Below, one piece after another: positions 1-14,996 of a stretch of DNA of 64,000 nucleotides (position 1 is the first letter of the stretch; each line of letters starts with the position of its first letter). The DNA lies in assembly GCA_964016885.1 (NCBI GenBank), contig OZ024761.1, positions 9,052,001-9,116,000 of the forward strand, read 5' to 3'. The stretch is from Eledone cirrhosa (lineage: Eukaryota). Both the position numbers and the translations under genes were made by a program. The notes under the pieces were generated by a model. The model was not told where the DNA came from. It was given only the letters and a program-made list of their open reading frames with translations, and made no database searches.

Positions 1-1313
1 CCCCATGCCAAACGCTGGTGTGGTGATCAGATCTCAAAATTTTTAGGGGACTTCTTGGTTCATGTTCCTCTTTTTCTGCTAACCCCTTTGAGAATTTATC
101 GTCCCTGGTAATGTGTAGAACAGAGCTATAAGGCTCTGGGGTCAATGGAGAATATTTCGCGCCCCTTGTGACATTCAGTGTTTTGTAACATGGTCCTTTA
201 TTAGACATGGAAGGTCTTATTGTGTCTCGATGGTCATCACAAATGGATCGAGCAGTTTCCAAAGACAATCTGCTGGTGACAACATCATACTCATTGCCTC
301 CACCACCACCACCATACTCATATCCATCACCGCCACCAACACCAACATCATACTCATTGCCTCCACCACCACCACCACCATATTCATAACCATCACCGCC
401 ACCAACACCAACACCATACTCATTGCCTCCACCATACTCATAACCATCACCGCCACCAACATCATACTCATTGCCTCCACCACCACCACCACCATACTCA
501 TAACCATCACCGCCACCAACACCAACACCATACTCATTGCCTCCAACACCGCCACCAACACCAACACCATACTCATTGCCTCCACCACCACCACCACCAT
601 ACTCATAACCATCACCGCCACCAACATCATACTCATTGCCTCCACCACCACCACCACCACCATACTCATAACCATCACCGCCACCAACACCAACACCATA
701 CGCATCGCCTCCAACACCACCACCACCAACACCATACTTACAAGCCCCACTGCGACCACCACCATACTTATAACCTCCACAGACACCATACTCTTCAACT
801 CCTCCACTGCCACTTACATAAATATCACCACCACCACAACCATCATCATCATCAACATCATCATCATCATCACAAATCAATCCACTCTTGACCTTGCCCT
901 TGCCAGTGGCTCTATCACTGACACAATCATCAATACACTTTGTCAGAATGTCCCAATCAGTGACACCATCCACACTATCTCTGGCATTTATAGAAGTTCT
1001 ACCACCGCCACAGCCATTACTAACACCATCAACACAACTAATGGAGCCAGTACTGACAAAACCTGTTTTGCTGACAGAAACTCCGTCATTCTCAGAACAT
1101 GGTCCTCCGTTATCACGCAAAAACTGCAAACCCTTCATTGGTGAAATTTCTGAAGGTTTCAGTGCTGGTTTGATTCTAGAGATATCCATCTTAGCTGCTG
1201 GCAATGTTGATGTCTGCACTGAGCTTTTGTCATGATACCTGGATGGTTTTAAATCCTCTAATCTTTCAGCCTGGTTGGAACTGGACAAACTGGAGCAGTC
1301 TTTGGAATGGTCT
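1..1313 (-). CDS. Large internal exon of an unidentified host gene; low-complexity Gly/Tyr/Asp-rich protein region (437 codons, open to the window edge)
   Basis: Acceptor ttctacttgcttcag|AGAC at 1313. The frame is stop-free: DHSKDCSSLSSSNQAERLEDLKPSRY...DDDDGCGGG...(GGNEYGVGVGGGDGYEYGGGG)n...VVTSRLSLETARSICDDHR...HHTSVWHG. The track missed it because there is no stop inside the window. Confidence 0.75.
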
Positions 1314-1422
1314 CTGAAGCAAGTAGAAAATAGAATATATATATATATATAAGTAGAAAACAGAATATATATATATATAAGTAGAAAACAGAATATATAT
1401 ATATATATATAAGTAGAAAACA

Positions 1423-1475
<53 letters not shown>

Positions 1476-1515
1476 TAGAAAACAGAATGATGATGATATA
1501 TATATATATGCGTAT

Positions 1516-1860
1516 GGAGGCACATGACTTAGTGGTTAGAGCATTGGCCTTGCAATCGAAAGGTTGTAAGTTCAATTCTCAGACCGTGTGATGTGTTGTT
1601 TCCTTGAGCAAGACACTTTATTTCACATTGCTCCAGTTTACTCAGCTGTAGAAATGAGATGATAGGGACTAGGGTCCCTATCATTCCACTGCAAAGTGGT
1701 CGTGGAGGTGCCACAGTAAAAAAGCACCCAGCACTCACTGTAAATGAGGTTGTTGTTAGGAAGGGCATCCAGCTGTAGAAATCAAGCCAGAACCAGTTCC
1801 CGTCCCACCCTTGCAGGCAGGGAAAAGTGGACGTAAAATGATGATGATGATGATGATGAT
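1516..1860 (+). mobile_element. tRNA-derived SINE, family 1 (CORE-like middle) with RTE-type 3' end and (GAT)n tail
   Basis: A-box-like tgacttagtggttag, B-box-like agttcaattc, middle ccttgagcaagacactttatttcac. The 3' part matches the RTE 3' end at 11235-11470. Confidence 0.85.
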
Positions 1861-1944
1861 ATATATATCTGTCAGAACGACCGGATTTCAGCCGTTGGGC
1901 TCCTGAATCTTTTCATATATTATGTATAGATGTATAGGAAATGA

Positions 1945-2110
1945 GCTCCGGCCATTACAACAGCTAGATTCGAATGTAGCTGTCGAAGCGGCCGGACCTC
2001 AGTCGTCGGGGTCCTCACCCTTTTCCTATTACCCACTCTACTACCCCAAGTATTGAGTACTCTGGTGCGTTATGGTCCACCTGGTATCTTACCACACCTT
2101 CTTTGTTCTT
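1945..2110 (+). mobile_element. Diverged copy of PLE-like hammerhead family H1 (3' end)
   Basis: Homologous to the reverse complement of 30186-30330, 45025-45130 and 53767-53900; ends in (TA)n. Confidence 0.7.
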
Positions 2111-2141
2111 TATATATATATTATTTATGTGTGTGTGTGTA

Positions 2142-2176
<35 letters not shown>

Positions 2177-2414
2177 ATGTATGTGTGTGTGTGTGAGTCC
2201 TGGGTTCAATCAGAGGTAACCACAGTAAGGTACTTCATACATTAGTAGAGCATAAACAATGAATTTAATATAGAAATGGTGCTTCTACAGAACTAGAACT
2301 TTCATTCAAAAGAAACAGACCCATGCATGGTCCCTAAAATATTGCTGTCTTGAGGGCACCAGAGTAAGAATGGTATAACATGGTCTTAATTAGAGTAAAA
2401 ATGTATGAATATCA

Positions 2415-2628
2415 CAAAACCTCATCTCCCTTCACCACCACCATCACCAATACGACCACCACCATCGCCATCATGATCACTGGCATCATCACCACCACCA
2501 TCACCATCACCATCATGATCACTGGCATCATCACCACCACTATCACCATCACCATCATGATCACTGGCATCATCACCACCATCATCACCATCACTGGTAT
2601 CATCGCCGCCACCACCACCACCACTGCA
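2415..2628. repeat. (CAC/CAT)n trinucleotide low-complexity repeat
   Basis: Repeated catcatgatcactggcatcatcaccacc units. Confidence 0.85.
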
Positions 2629-2769
2629 TAATTATTCAAATTCCTGCCTATACGTGGAAAAGAGATTATTTGATGCCCTCATATTTTCATCCAAATGAAA
2701 CAGTTCTAGTCCTGGGTCTGTGTATATATATTTTATTAAGGCATAACTGTCAACATAATATTACAAATA

Positions 2770-3277
2770 TAAAGCAGGTAGCACACATATCTAGGACCAC
2801 ATACAACACACATATCTAGGACCACATACAAGACAAGCAGGTAGCACACATATCTAGGACCACATACAACACAGAAGCAGGCAATACACACATCTAGGAC
2901 CACATACAACACACATATCTAGGACCACATACAACACACAAGCAGGTAATACACGCATCTAGGACCACATACAACACACAAGCAGGTAATACACGCATCT
3001 AGGACCACATACAACACACAAGCAGGTAATACACGCATCTAGGACCACATACAACACAGAAGCAGGCAATACACACATCTAGGACCACATACAACACACA
3101 AGCAGGTAATACACACATCTAGGACCACATACAACACACAAGCAGGTAGCACACATATCTAGGACCACATACAACACACAAGCAGGTAATACATACATCT
3201 AGGACCACATCAACACACAAGCAGGTAGCACACATATCTAGGACCACATACAACACACATCTAGGACCACATACAAC
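2770..3277. repeat. 40-bp minisatellite with 24-bp deletion variants
   Basis: Unit agcaggtaatacacgcatctaggaccacatacaacacaca in tandem. Confidence 0.95.
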
Positions 3278-3402
3278 AAAAGGCAGGCGAAAAGGGGTGG
3301 ACAAACGAACAACTACCAGAGCAAAAGATAAAAATATCGCGAGGAGAACTGGGGAACCTCCCTAATAATGCTTGAGGCAAGCCAACACACTCGCAGCGTT
3401 AC

Positions 3403-3513
3403 CTCGGGTGATGGTGAAGCTGATGCGCTGGCGCCATCACGAACATCACCAGTTAGGCGAGCCGCCAGTGAAGATAAGAACCTCACAATTAGCGACTCGG
3501 CTCCCCCAAACAT
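3403..3513 (-). CDS. Candidate first coding exon (MFGGAESLIVRFLSSLAARLTGDVRDGASASASPSPE)
   Basis: Unique CpG-rich sequence, ATG at 3513, donor GAG|GTAACG. It ends in phase 0, so it cannot join the phase-2 exon at 1313 directly. Confidence 0.35.
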
Positions 3514-4277
3514 TATATATATATCGACAGTCGATTTACAAGATATCAGACCTCATTCGCTTAATGCGATCCAAAAGCACTTCACTTCAGTTTCTACGGA
3601 AATATATAACATATATATATATGTAAAAGGTAAACAGAAATAACAACACAATCGGTACAGTATATGGAAGGAAATAAAAAATAAATAGACGAGATGAATA
3701 GATACACTATGGCTGGAAAACCTTGGAGTTGCTATAATAGGAATATTTTAAATCAGAGGTGTACGAGGCCACCGATGGCCGAGGGCTAAACAATACACGG
3801 TAAACGGTTAATTTTGACATAAACAAATACCTGCTTCTTCACTCGTATTAAATAAATAAAACATGATCAAAATTCCAAAGGTGACAACCTTCTATACGAC
3901 ATACCTGTGGAGTATTTTGAAGATATCTTGTATAGAATCTACAGTTTTCTGCTCGATTATCTCTAATTTACTCAAAAGTTTTCGACTTTTTTCTCTTTTT
4001 TCTAATAAAACGTCCATATTTTTTATGAATAATCTTTCTCACATGCTAAACACAACACAGATTTGTTAAAATGCTAAAATTAATTCTTTAAAATTCCTCA
4101 TGAGAGACAATGATTGCTATTAAATGCCGTCGTAACGACAAGTTGAGTATAAAGTATGTTTACAAGTCTGAACTTGGCCAAAATTTCAACTTAATCTCTC
4201 ACCGGAAATTACTAGAGGGGAGGTAACTCTAAACGTCTTATAGAAAAACGATTCCAACATTGGAATTATCTGGTTTA

Positions 4278-4900
4278 ATTAATTGTTTCTACTTTAGGCA
4301 CAAGGCCAGCAATTAACCAGTGCATTACTGGTACTTTATTTTATCGACCCCGTAAGGAGGAAAGGCAAAGTCAACCTCGGCGGGATTTGAACTCAGATTG
4401 TAAAGGGACGTAACTCTGCTGGAAAGAATGGCGTCCGACCCTCTACCGATACTGCCTATCCACTAATTAATGGTTTCTACTTTAGGCACAAGGCCACCAA
4501 TTTTGGAGGAAGGGAAAGTCGATCAAATCAACCTCAGCGCGTTACTGGTACTTTATTTTACCGACCTTCCGTAAGGATGAAAGCAAAGCTAACCACTGCA
4601 GGATTCGAACTCAGAACGCAATGGACAGTAACTCTATGTTGCAAAGCATGGCGTCTGACGCTCTACCGCTTACTGTCAATAATGTTTTCTTATATTAAGA
4701 AGGCCAGCAATTTTGGGGAGAGGAAAGTCGATTAAATCGACCCCAGTGCATTACTGCTACTTTTTTTTACCGACCTTCCATAAGGATGAAAGGTAAAGTT
4801 GACCATGGCGGGATTTGAAGTCAGAATGCAGAAAGAACCATAACTATATACCACAAATGATATTGTCCGACGCTCTACTGATTCTGTCAATTCATTGCTC
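4278..4900 (-). mobile_element. Three tandem copies of tRNA-derived SINE family 2
   Basis: Each reads (minus) ggcagtatcggtagag...gagttcaaatcccgccgaggttgactttgcctttc...gtagaaacaatt. Confidence 0.9.
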
Positions 4901-5015
4901 TAATACAATTTTTACTGGCTTTGTGTCTAAATTAGAAACAATTATATATTTAGTATGAGTGGAGAAGCAGAGATTTTAAGGTTTACGTACCAGTGACACA
5001 CTGAGGTCGATTTAA

Positions 5016-5553
5016 CACTTCAGCATTTAAAACCGGCCATAACCTGCCACTCATACTCATGTTAAGGTATTGTTCTCTAAATAAATATCAAAATCCCATA
5101 GATTCTATATTATGTGAAGGAAACTCTATGCCATGAAAATATAATAGTAAATATAGAGTAATGTACGAGGGTAGTCCCTAAAGTAAGGTCTCCAAAGCGA
5201 TGGGGACACAGAGAAACTGTTCGTACGGCTGTTGGCAACACCGTTGTGCTTGGTACTTCCTTCACTCCCAAACAAGCATGCACGTGCCTCGCTGGGATGC
5301 TCAATCTTGGCTTGGCAGCCGTTGACATTGGAGCTCCCGTTGAACGCTACCACCAAGTGCGAATTTTCGCGCAGTTATTATATATGAGGTCAATCCCAAA
5401 AGTAAGGTCTCCTTCCGAGGAAAACATGCGTAAAAGACGGAGGATCACTCTGGATGCTCACTGCATTTTGGTTCCTGATTCTATATTATGTGAAGTAAAC
5501 CCTTTACCATGAAAATACAATAGTAAATATAGAGTAATGTAAATGTTAAAGGG
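5016..5553. mobile_element. piggyBac-like MITE containing Tc1/mariner end fragments (about 5165-5410)
   Basis: Ends ttaa-cacttcagcattta and taaatgttaaaggg-ttaa match the MITE at 28932. Internal tacgaggg...aaagtaaggtctcc occurs twice, with an ELPLNATTKCE..RAVI mariner-like N-terminal remnant. Confidence 0.55.
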
Positions 5554-5859
5554 TTAAGCGAATTTCCCCTCTCCCTATTTCCTGGCCTTGTGTCTGCATT
5601 AGAAACAATTATATATTTAGTATCAGGGAAGAGGCAGAGATGTTAAGATTTAAATACCAGTAACACACTGGGGGTTGATTTAATCAACTTTCCCCTCTTA
5701 TTATTTGTTGGCTTTGTGTTGAAATTAGAAACAGTTATACATGTAGTAGCAGTGAAGAGGACAAAATTGTAAGGTTTAACCCTTTAACATTTACATTACT
5801 CTATATATACTATTATATTTTCGTGGTAAACGGTTTACCTCACATAATTATCTCATATA

Positions 5860-6641
5860 AGACCTGGCAATCTCATGAGACTATCAATTTGGGAGAGGTA
5901 AGACCGGACATTCAAGTGTGACTATCTATTTGGGAGAGGTAAGACCGGACATTCAAGTGTGACTATCAATTTGGGAGAGGTAAGACCGGACATTCAAGTG
6001 TGACTATCAATTTGGGAGAGGTAAGACCGGACATTCAAGTGTGACTATCAATTTGGGAGAGGTAAGACCGGACATTCAAGTGTGACTATCAATTTGGGAG
6101 AGGTAAGACCGGACATTCAAGTGTAACTATCAATTTGGGAGAGGTAAGACCGGACATTCAAGTGTGACTATCAATTTGGGAGAGGTAAGACCGGACATTC
6201 AAGTGTGACTATCAATTTGGGAGAGGTAAGACCGGACATTCAAGTGTGACTATCAATTTGGGAGAGGTAAGACCGGACATTCAAGTGTGACTATCAATTT
6301 GGGAGAGGTAAGACCGGACATTCAAGTGTGACTATCAATTTGGGAGAGGTAAGACCGGACATTCAAGTGTGACTATCAATTTGGGAGAGGTAAGACCTGA
6401 CGTTCGGATAGGACTATTAATTTGGGAGAAGTAAGTCCTAGCATTCTCATGGGACTATCTATTTGGGAGAGGTAAGACCTAGCATTCTCATGGGACTATC
6501 TATTTGGGAGAGGTAAGACCTGACATTCTCGTGAGACTATCAATTTATGAGGGGTAAAACTTGACATTCTGATAGGACTATCAATTGGGGAGAGGTAAGA
6601 CCTGACACTCTGATGGAACAATCAATTTGAGAGAGGTAAGA
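5860..6641 (+). repeat. 41-bp minisatellite (about 12 near-identical units, then diverged units)
   Basis: Unit ctatcaatttgggagaggtaagaccggacattcaagtgtga, with no spacers. Confidence 0.95.
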
Positions 6642-6944
6642 CGTTTTTTCTATGTACGAGAAGACACTTTTTGGAAAATTAAATACACACAAAGCTACAT
6701 TTGTAAATATATACAAACACCCTTCTATATGTATTCTTTCCTCTCAGAATATAAATCCCTTAGACTTATCTAAAGCCGTAAATTGAATTTAAACATTGCC
6801 AATAAACGTTTTACTATCTTTCATGTACAGGAAGAATTTTAGGGACATACGTACACATGGAGCTACATTCTTCCTTATATACATTTTACAAGCTATACTG
6901 GCAGAGAAACTAAACCATACGACTACATATATATATATATAAAA

Positions 6945-7158
6945 GGAACGATCGACTTTCGTCAAATCGGACCGAGGGAACAATGTTTCCGTTGGTCTTT
7001 CTAATTGCTAATACTATCTATCGGTCGCAACTCCAGGTAGAAGGAGCAACGTGAAATAAAGTGTCTTGCTCAAGGACATAACGCATCGCCTGGTCCAGGA
7101 ATCAAACTCACAACCTTACGATTGCGAATTCAAGTCTCTAACCACTCAGCCACACGCA
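6945..7158 (-). mobile_element. SINE family 1, alternative 3' tail
   Basis: Minus: gcgtgtggctgagtggttagag...gagtttgattcctgg...tccttgagcaagacactttatttcacg. Near-identical to 30460-30675. Confidence 0.85.
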
Positions 7159-8346
<1,188 letters not shown>

Positions 8347-8350
<4 letters not shown>

Positions 8351-9464
8351 CACACATAATATGTATAATTATTGGAATTAACTGTCTTGTTACTTAGAAG
8401 AAATGAAAAAGCAAAAGTTTGGTTTATTTAATTTATTCTTTTATTTCACGTTTTCGACTCTAGATAAAACAGTTTATTTACATCTCTTCGAAGATGGCAG
8501 TAGTATTTTCCTGTGTGGAGAAGGTTTAGTTCGGTTTCTTAGTAAAAAAGAAAATCAGAAGTAAGTTTAGCTTTATATATGTAGGAGGACCAGCTGACCA
8601 AATGGAAAGAAACGATGCAGTTATTAATGAGGAGTGTTGAAATTAATGCATGCAAGATTTCACAGTTCTAGTATCACTCCTTCATAGTCGGCCTATAAAC
8701 TTATTGGCCGACCTTCATTTCTACGTTTATATAAATGTAGCTTTATGTGTGTGTGTCTAGAGAAGATTTAGTTTTGTTTATTAGAGAAAGAAAGTATGTA
8801 GATATCAATGTAACAGATAGAATGCCTTCATTTAAGCTTTCTGAATTCAAATCCCACCAAGGCCAACTTTGCCTTTCATCCATGCGAGGTCGATTCTTCC
8901 TCTATGCTTCTCTGGAACAAATCTCCTGAAGAGGAGATGGATTCTGCCAGGTTTTAAAAAGTGCCCTTTGTCAATGAGTTGCCTCTATACCTCCCTCACG
9001 AGTTACGGGTCCATACATACATGTAACTCTCACAGCTTGGAAGTTCTGCATGTAAGTCTTTAAAACATTTCACATTGCTACAGTACACTCAGCTGAGAAG
9101 TTAATCCTGCAATAAATCAGTGTCCCATCCAGGGAGAGTCTTGTACTCTCAGACACTTAGCCCCAAGGAAACTGGTGAGAAGCTGAGAACAGATTTTAAC
9201 TTAACTTTATATATATATATACTAAGTTTAGTTTTAATCAATATACATATCAATGATTAGAATCATGGTCTTAAGATTACCAAAATCGATACTAACTAGT
9301 AGTTTTGTTTCATTCAATCTAGTTTGAGTGGAAAGGATGTAGTTTCTTAGCAGAGGTATATAATTATATGTCTGTGTCTAGTGAAGAAATTATATAAATG
9401 TAGCTGTGTGTGTAGATACTCTGTATATATACACAGAAGAAATAACAATCAAGCAACAAAGAAA
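8347..9464 (+). repeat. About 1.1-kb segment duplicated in inverted orientation at 27205-28322
   Basis: Near-identical reverse complement; the same spurious ORFs are called at 8747/8869 (+) and 27739/27605 (-). Confidence 0.95.
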
Positions 9465-9570
9465 AAGTTTGGTTTATTCTTTATTTCACAATTTATTTAC
9501 CTTTCTTGCAGGACGGAAGTAGTAGCTTCTTCGAAATACAAAACAGAACAGGATACGTTTATATGCGTAT

Positions 9571-9955
9571 CATCATCACCATTTGACGGCCATTCTTCCA
9601 TGCTAGCATGAGTGAGACGGATTGTCCTGTTGTGGGCAGTGTCCTGTCGGCTGACTTTGTATTTCTCATAAGGGAACTGATTTTGGCTTGATTTCTACAT
9701 CTGGATGCCCTTCCTAATACCAACCTCATTTATAGTGAGTGCTTTTTCCGTGGCGCCTACACGTCCACTTTACAGTGTGGGCTGGGTGCTTTTTTGCCGT
9801 GGCACCTCCACGACAACTTTGCAGTGGGAAGGGATGGGGGCATATTGTCTATATGCTTCAGATTTTACCCGTGGGAAGTTGGGTCTTCTGTATTACTGCG
9901 TGACGCCAGAGGTCACGGTCCTGTGTCATCGCCTTTGAGAGGTGCAATTGGGTGG
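9571..9955 (-). mobile_element. RTE-clade LINE 3' end fragment
   Basis: Reverse-complement homologue of 11110-11470 with a gatgat-type tail. Confidence 0.7.
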
Positions 9956-11077
9956 AGAAGAATGTTTACTTTCTTACAAGAGGTGTAAAGTATGTATATA
10001 GTGTCAAGAGGTTTATATAGAAGAAGTAGCTGTGTGAGTGTATATACTGAAAAATCTCCTAATTTCTTAGAAGGTATATGCAGTTTCTAATAAAGTAACT
10101 TTGTGTTTGTTTGTAGATATGGCAGTGCAACTTTGCTTGTGTATTTGGATATGGCAGTGCAATCGTAAAGATGCTGCTACTCTAGAATGGCTTAGGACAC
10201 AGCAGAGAAGTTTGAAGCTGTCCATGGGAACGTCTCTAATAGGATTAAGTTCCCATTATGGAATAAAAAGGGACAGTGAGCAAAAACGAAGGTGCTAGTA
10301 AGTAGGAGAGATAGGGCCCTTAATATTTAATGGGACAATAAAAGTGGTTGAGAGCTGCATCCACAGTTGACAAGAAAGGGTTTCTTTATGTACAATAGTG
10401 CGATGGTAGAGAAATGATTATGTCAAAGAAATACATATGTGTGTTTATTCTTAGTATTTGTCTAGTGAAGAACATATACATGTATGTATGTCTCTAAAGT
10501 TATTCTTGTTTACAGAATGATAGTAAAATGTATTTTGGTGTCCAAGAATATCTAGAAATGAAGATAAAACACCGTGTGTATGAATATCTCTAAAAAGGAA
10601 AGGATTCTTCCAGTATACAGAAGATAGTAATATGTATTTTTATGTCTCAAGAATATATATGAGTGTTTAGAATGCATTTAAAAGACACGGCAAATAAAAC
10701 ATTGCATTGTTTACAAGAGGGAGTGTATATAGTTAAGAACGTTTATGTATGTAAATCTCTAATAAGAAAAGGTTTCTCCCAAAATATAGAAAAACGTATT
10801 TCTGTGTCTCAAGAATAGCTGCGAGTATGTTACCAATATATAAATGGCAAATAAAACTTTACACGAAAGTAATATACATAGACAAACACACATATATATG
10901 TGTGTGACTATATATATCCATGCACATATATTTATATACATGTATATATATATATATACAGTATTGGCCTAGGCCATATCTAACTTAATAGCACCACCTA
11001 TATATATGCACAAGCATATATGGTGATATACTGACTGAAACCTATATAAGTTATATAGATACACACATACAAGCAAG

Positions 11078-11470
11078 TGGGAAGACCTGGGATAATGTGA
11101 TAAAGGCCGACCTTACACAATTGTACCTCTCAAGGGCAATGACACACGACCGTGACCTCTGGCGTCACGCAGAAGCCCCGACACCCCCAACACACAGGAA
11201 CGAGTCGAAGGTGAAGCATCTAGACAATATGCCCTCCCCACTGCAGAGTGGTCGTGAAGGTGCCACGGCAAAAAAGCACCTAGCCCACACTGTAAAGTGG
11301 ACGTGTAGGTGCCACGGAGAAAAAGCACCCACTGTAAATGAAGCTGGTGTTAGGATGGGCATCCAGCCAGAATCAGTTCCCTTATGAACAAGACAAGGTC
11401 AGACGACTGGACACTGCCGACAAGACAGCCCATGCTAGCGTGGAAGAACGGACGTAAAACGGTGATAATG
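11078..11470 (+). mobile_element. RTE-clade LINE 3' end fragment
   Basis: Remnant KTWDNVIKADLTQLYLSRAMTHDRDLWRHA resembles RTE ORF C-termini (W...D...DR..WR), followed by a 3' UTR. Confidence 0.7.
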
Positions 11471-13066
11471 AAGCACTGCCTGTGCTTTGAAAGTTTTTTA
11501 AGTGGGGAAAGACCTTGCACTCGACCAATCCCACTCTCAGATCATCGAAAAGGAGAGCTGGTCAACATCATCGAATGCTTCCGAAGCCGCAGATTTCCCT
11601 CTCTTAGAAAGCTGTTGTGACAACAACTGGTGGCCTATCACTCCCAGGTAAAAAAAAAATGTAATATTTGGATGGCCGTTGACTCTGCCCTATGTTGGGT
11701 CTTGTATTTCATCCCGCAGGGTGTCCAAATATCACCCTGCCCCCAAGCAAGCTTGGTGGGGTTGCCGGTTTTGTCGTTGACGCCCCGACCATATACACAT
11801 GCACATAAACAAATTTGTATGTAATATATATATGTTGAAATAAGTATATTTATTGCCATGTATATATGTACAAAATACTAGTAGTTCTTCAATGGCTATA
11901 TATCCCGTTATATTTATATATAGAAACGGAAAGACAGCGAGATAACACTCGGAATATATCGTGTTATCTCGCTGTCTTTCCGGTTTTTTTAAAAAAAAAG
12001 AAAGAAAATTTTAGCTATAAAGTATGACTATTTGACTCAGTAGAATTGCGGCTTGTGCGTGGCGCTGCACGTAGCGTTTCTGGCTTCGCTGTCGTACTTC
12101 GGTATGGCATGACCACTCTATCGCGTCTGAAGTTCGAATCGTTGCGGGGTCGGCCGGGACTATTAGTAGGCTGGCCTGCGTCCCCCTCGCATGAGTTTTT
12201 ACTAAAAATTCAATTAGAGTTATCTCCCCCTTAATTGAATTATTTGTCGAATTACCTCCCCTTTGTGGAACTCTTCTTTCTCTGTCGTCATTTCTCTTTA
12301 GTGTAGCGAAGCGTTAACATCATTTATACAAGAAGACACTTTTTCTTTTTGGAAACATATATTTGTAAATATATATTCTTTCTTCTTTGAATAAGGCGGT
12401 AAATTCAATTTAAACATTCGCTGTCTCATGTACAGCAAGAATTTTAGGGACATACGTACACATGAAGTTACATTTATATATAAACTTTCTCGCTGAGACT
12501 ATATACATGTTACCAGAGCTACATTTTATTATCTAACGAAGCTTTCTCAACACTATACATTTTTGTTTATAGTGGAGCAATAAAGTTACATTTATATATA
12601 AATGGTGTATAAACCCTCAGAGACTATATAGATACTTCCATTGAGAAAATAAACCATACGGCTATATTTTATTATCTAACATGGTAGCCCTGTAAACCCC
12701 TTTCACCTATTTGCTCGTTAAGTTACCTATCAAGACTCCTTACTACATAGCTATGTATAAACACTAAGGAAACATGGTAGCTTCATCATAACGAAGCCTT
12801 CTCAACACTATATACATTTAACAATTTTGTTTAGTGGAAGAATAAAGTTACATACTTTATTATCTTTTACATTTATCTCTTGAGAAAATAAACCATACGG
12901 TTATATTTTATCTAACGAAACATGGTAGCTTCATATCTCTGCCGTGTATGGAGCTCTCTAAACTCCTTACTACATTTAGCACCCTCACCTGCTTGATAGC
13001 TATATTATCTATCTATAAACACTCTTCATAAAACTAAACCTATTTTATATTCCTAACAAACAACTA

Positions 13067-13247
13067 CAGGCTGGTCCGAAAGTCTTGTCACTGCCTACCA
13101 AAAAGTAATAAGAAACAGTTTATGTCCCCATCGCAGTGAAGTCATGTCAGACATTCTCTTACCAGAATACACACGATCATGTGTCCATACACTCCCAGAA
13201 AATTATATTATCAAAGCAATGTGTGACAAGACTCTCGGACCACCCTG
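13067..13247. mobile_element. Tc1/mariner-type MITE
   Basis: TA-caggctggtccgaaagtcttgtcac ... gtgacaagactctcggaccaccctg-TA: 25-bp imperfect TIRs with a TA duplication. Confidence 0.85.
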
Positions 13248-14928
13248 TACATCTTATTTCGAAGAAGAAACCTAAATAAACGAATAAACCAAACTGTTTC
13301 TTTGTTGCTTATTATTGTGTTCTGTATATATGTACACATACATTTATATAATTTCTTCACTAGACACAAACTATTGTATACATAAATCCCCTCTGTTCAG
13401 GAGTAATGTTATTGTCTAGATAGATTCCTATTAGAAAGAAGTTGTACCCTATAGCAACTAAACCCTCATTATGTGTGCCTGTTTATTATTTATACAAGAA
13501 TTCATTTTAATAATGAAACTATATATACAATCTTTGTCAAAATAAACAACACTAGTTTCATTTGTAGACCTATAATGATATACCTTACTTGCTATATAAA
13601 CAACTGTTATTGTCTAGGTACAAGTAAGACAACTCTATATACACACATGTCTATAGGAAGTTGTATTCTATATTTACACTCATAGTTTCTTTCTTTAGAA
13701 ACTTCATATACCTCTTACGTTCTTCTTACTCAGGACATCTACATGATATAGCTTACTAATGCTATTGTCGAGACACAAACTGCTTATAAGAATTTGTATT
13801 CTCAGACAGGCATATAGTGATATACCTTAACCCTACTAGTTTTCTATTAAACAAAATTCATAGTCTCTTTATTAAAATAAACAACACTAGTTTCATTCGT
13901 AGACACAAGCATATATATACCCTAACCTGATATAATTAAATCTTGCCTATACCGAAGAAATATTATTGTCTAGATACATGCCTATTGGAAACAATTAAGC
14001 TAACTATAGATATGGATCTCTTGTGAGAAAGTAAACATTGTGTATACAGACACATAAACTACTATTCCTAATGTCCAGATACAGGGAAATAGCAACTAAA
14101 TCTCTATAAGAAGTTGTATTTTATATTTACTTGCATTAATTTTAGCACGTCTTACTCAGTTTCTTCACTCATATAGGCCTTATATGTAGAATTAAGTAAA
14201 CCCTATGTATACAGCATTCATACGTTCTGAGTTTCTTTATTTAGAAGCCCCATATGGATACATACCTCGATCAGTGTAAGAAACACTAGTTCAATTAAGG
14301 AAACTCTGTTGTAGTAGTATTCATACATTGTGGGTTTCGTTAGAGACTTCATATATACATCTTACTTAGTTTCTAGTTCTAAGAAGCCGTACTTTATAGC
14401 ATCCATGTGTGTCTTATAAACATGTAAGTAAGCCGTGAGTGTATATATATATATATATACACTGCTTCATTTATAATGATATAGGTAAACATTACTACTA
14501 CTTTTGTATTGTATTACAAGTAAGTAAGCTTTGTACATTATGTGTCTCTTTATATATACACATTCTTAGTTTCTTCCTTTAGAAACTTAATATCTAAATT
14601 ATCTCCGATAGGTAAGTAAACCCTATATACATTTATGTGTCTCTAACGCACACGTATGTATATATATAGATTATTATTTACAATAGGTGGTATTTAGGTA
14701 AACTGTATATTTACCTCAAGTAAGTAAGCTCTCTATATACACAAATCATGTGTATATAAATAAAATTTCTCTATAGAGAAGAAATGATCGAGTAGGTAAA
14801 CCCTATAATATGTTTAATATGTATAATTCAGTATAAGAATAACAATAAGAGAGATGCTGAATTACCATCGAAATAATTATATGGAAATAAACGATTTATG
14901 TAATCTCAGCATCTTTCTTAATGTCAGT

Positions 14929-14994
<66 letters not shown>

Positions 14995-14996
<2 letters not shown>

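Noticed and set aside
217-1235. Track ORFs 217-813 (-), 230-1144 (+) and 888-1235 (+)
   Set aside because: Shadow frames of the longer minus-strand frame 1-1313, which has a proper splice acceptor.
2412-2639. Possible intermediate exon of the minus-strand gene
   Set aside because: The Gly/Asp frame is bounded by stops and the Val/Met frame is repeat-derived.
5881-6400. CRISPR-like regular array
   Set aside because: Contiguous 41-bp units with no unique spacers, no cas genes and a eukaryotic context: a minisatellite.
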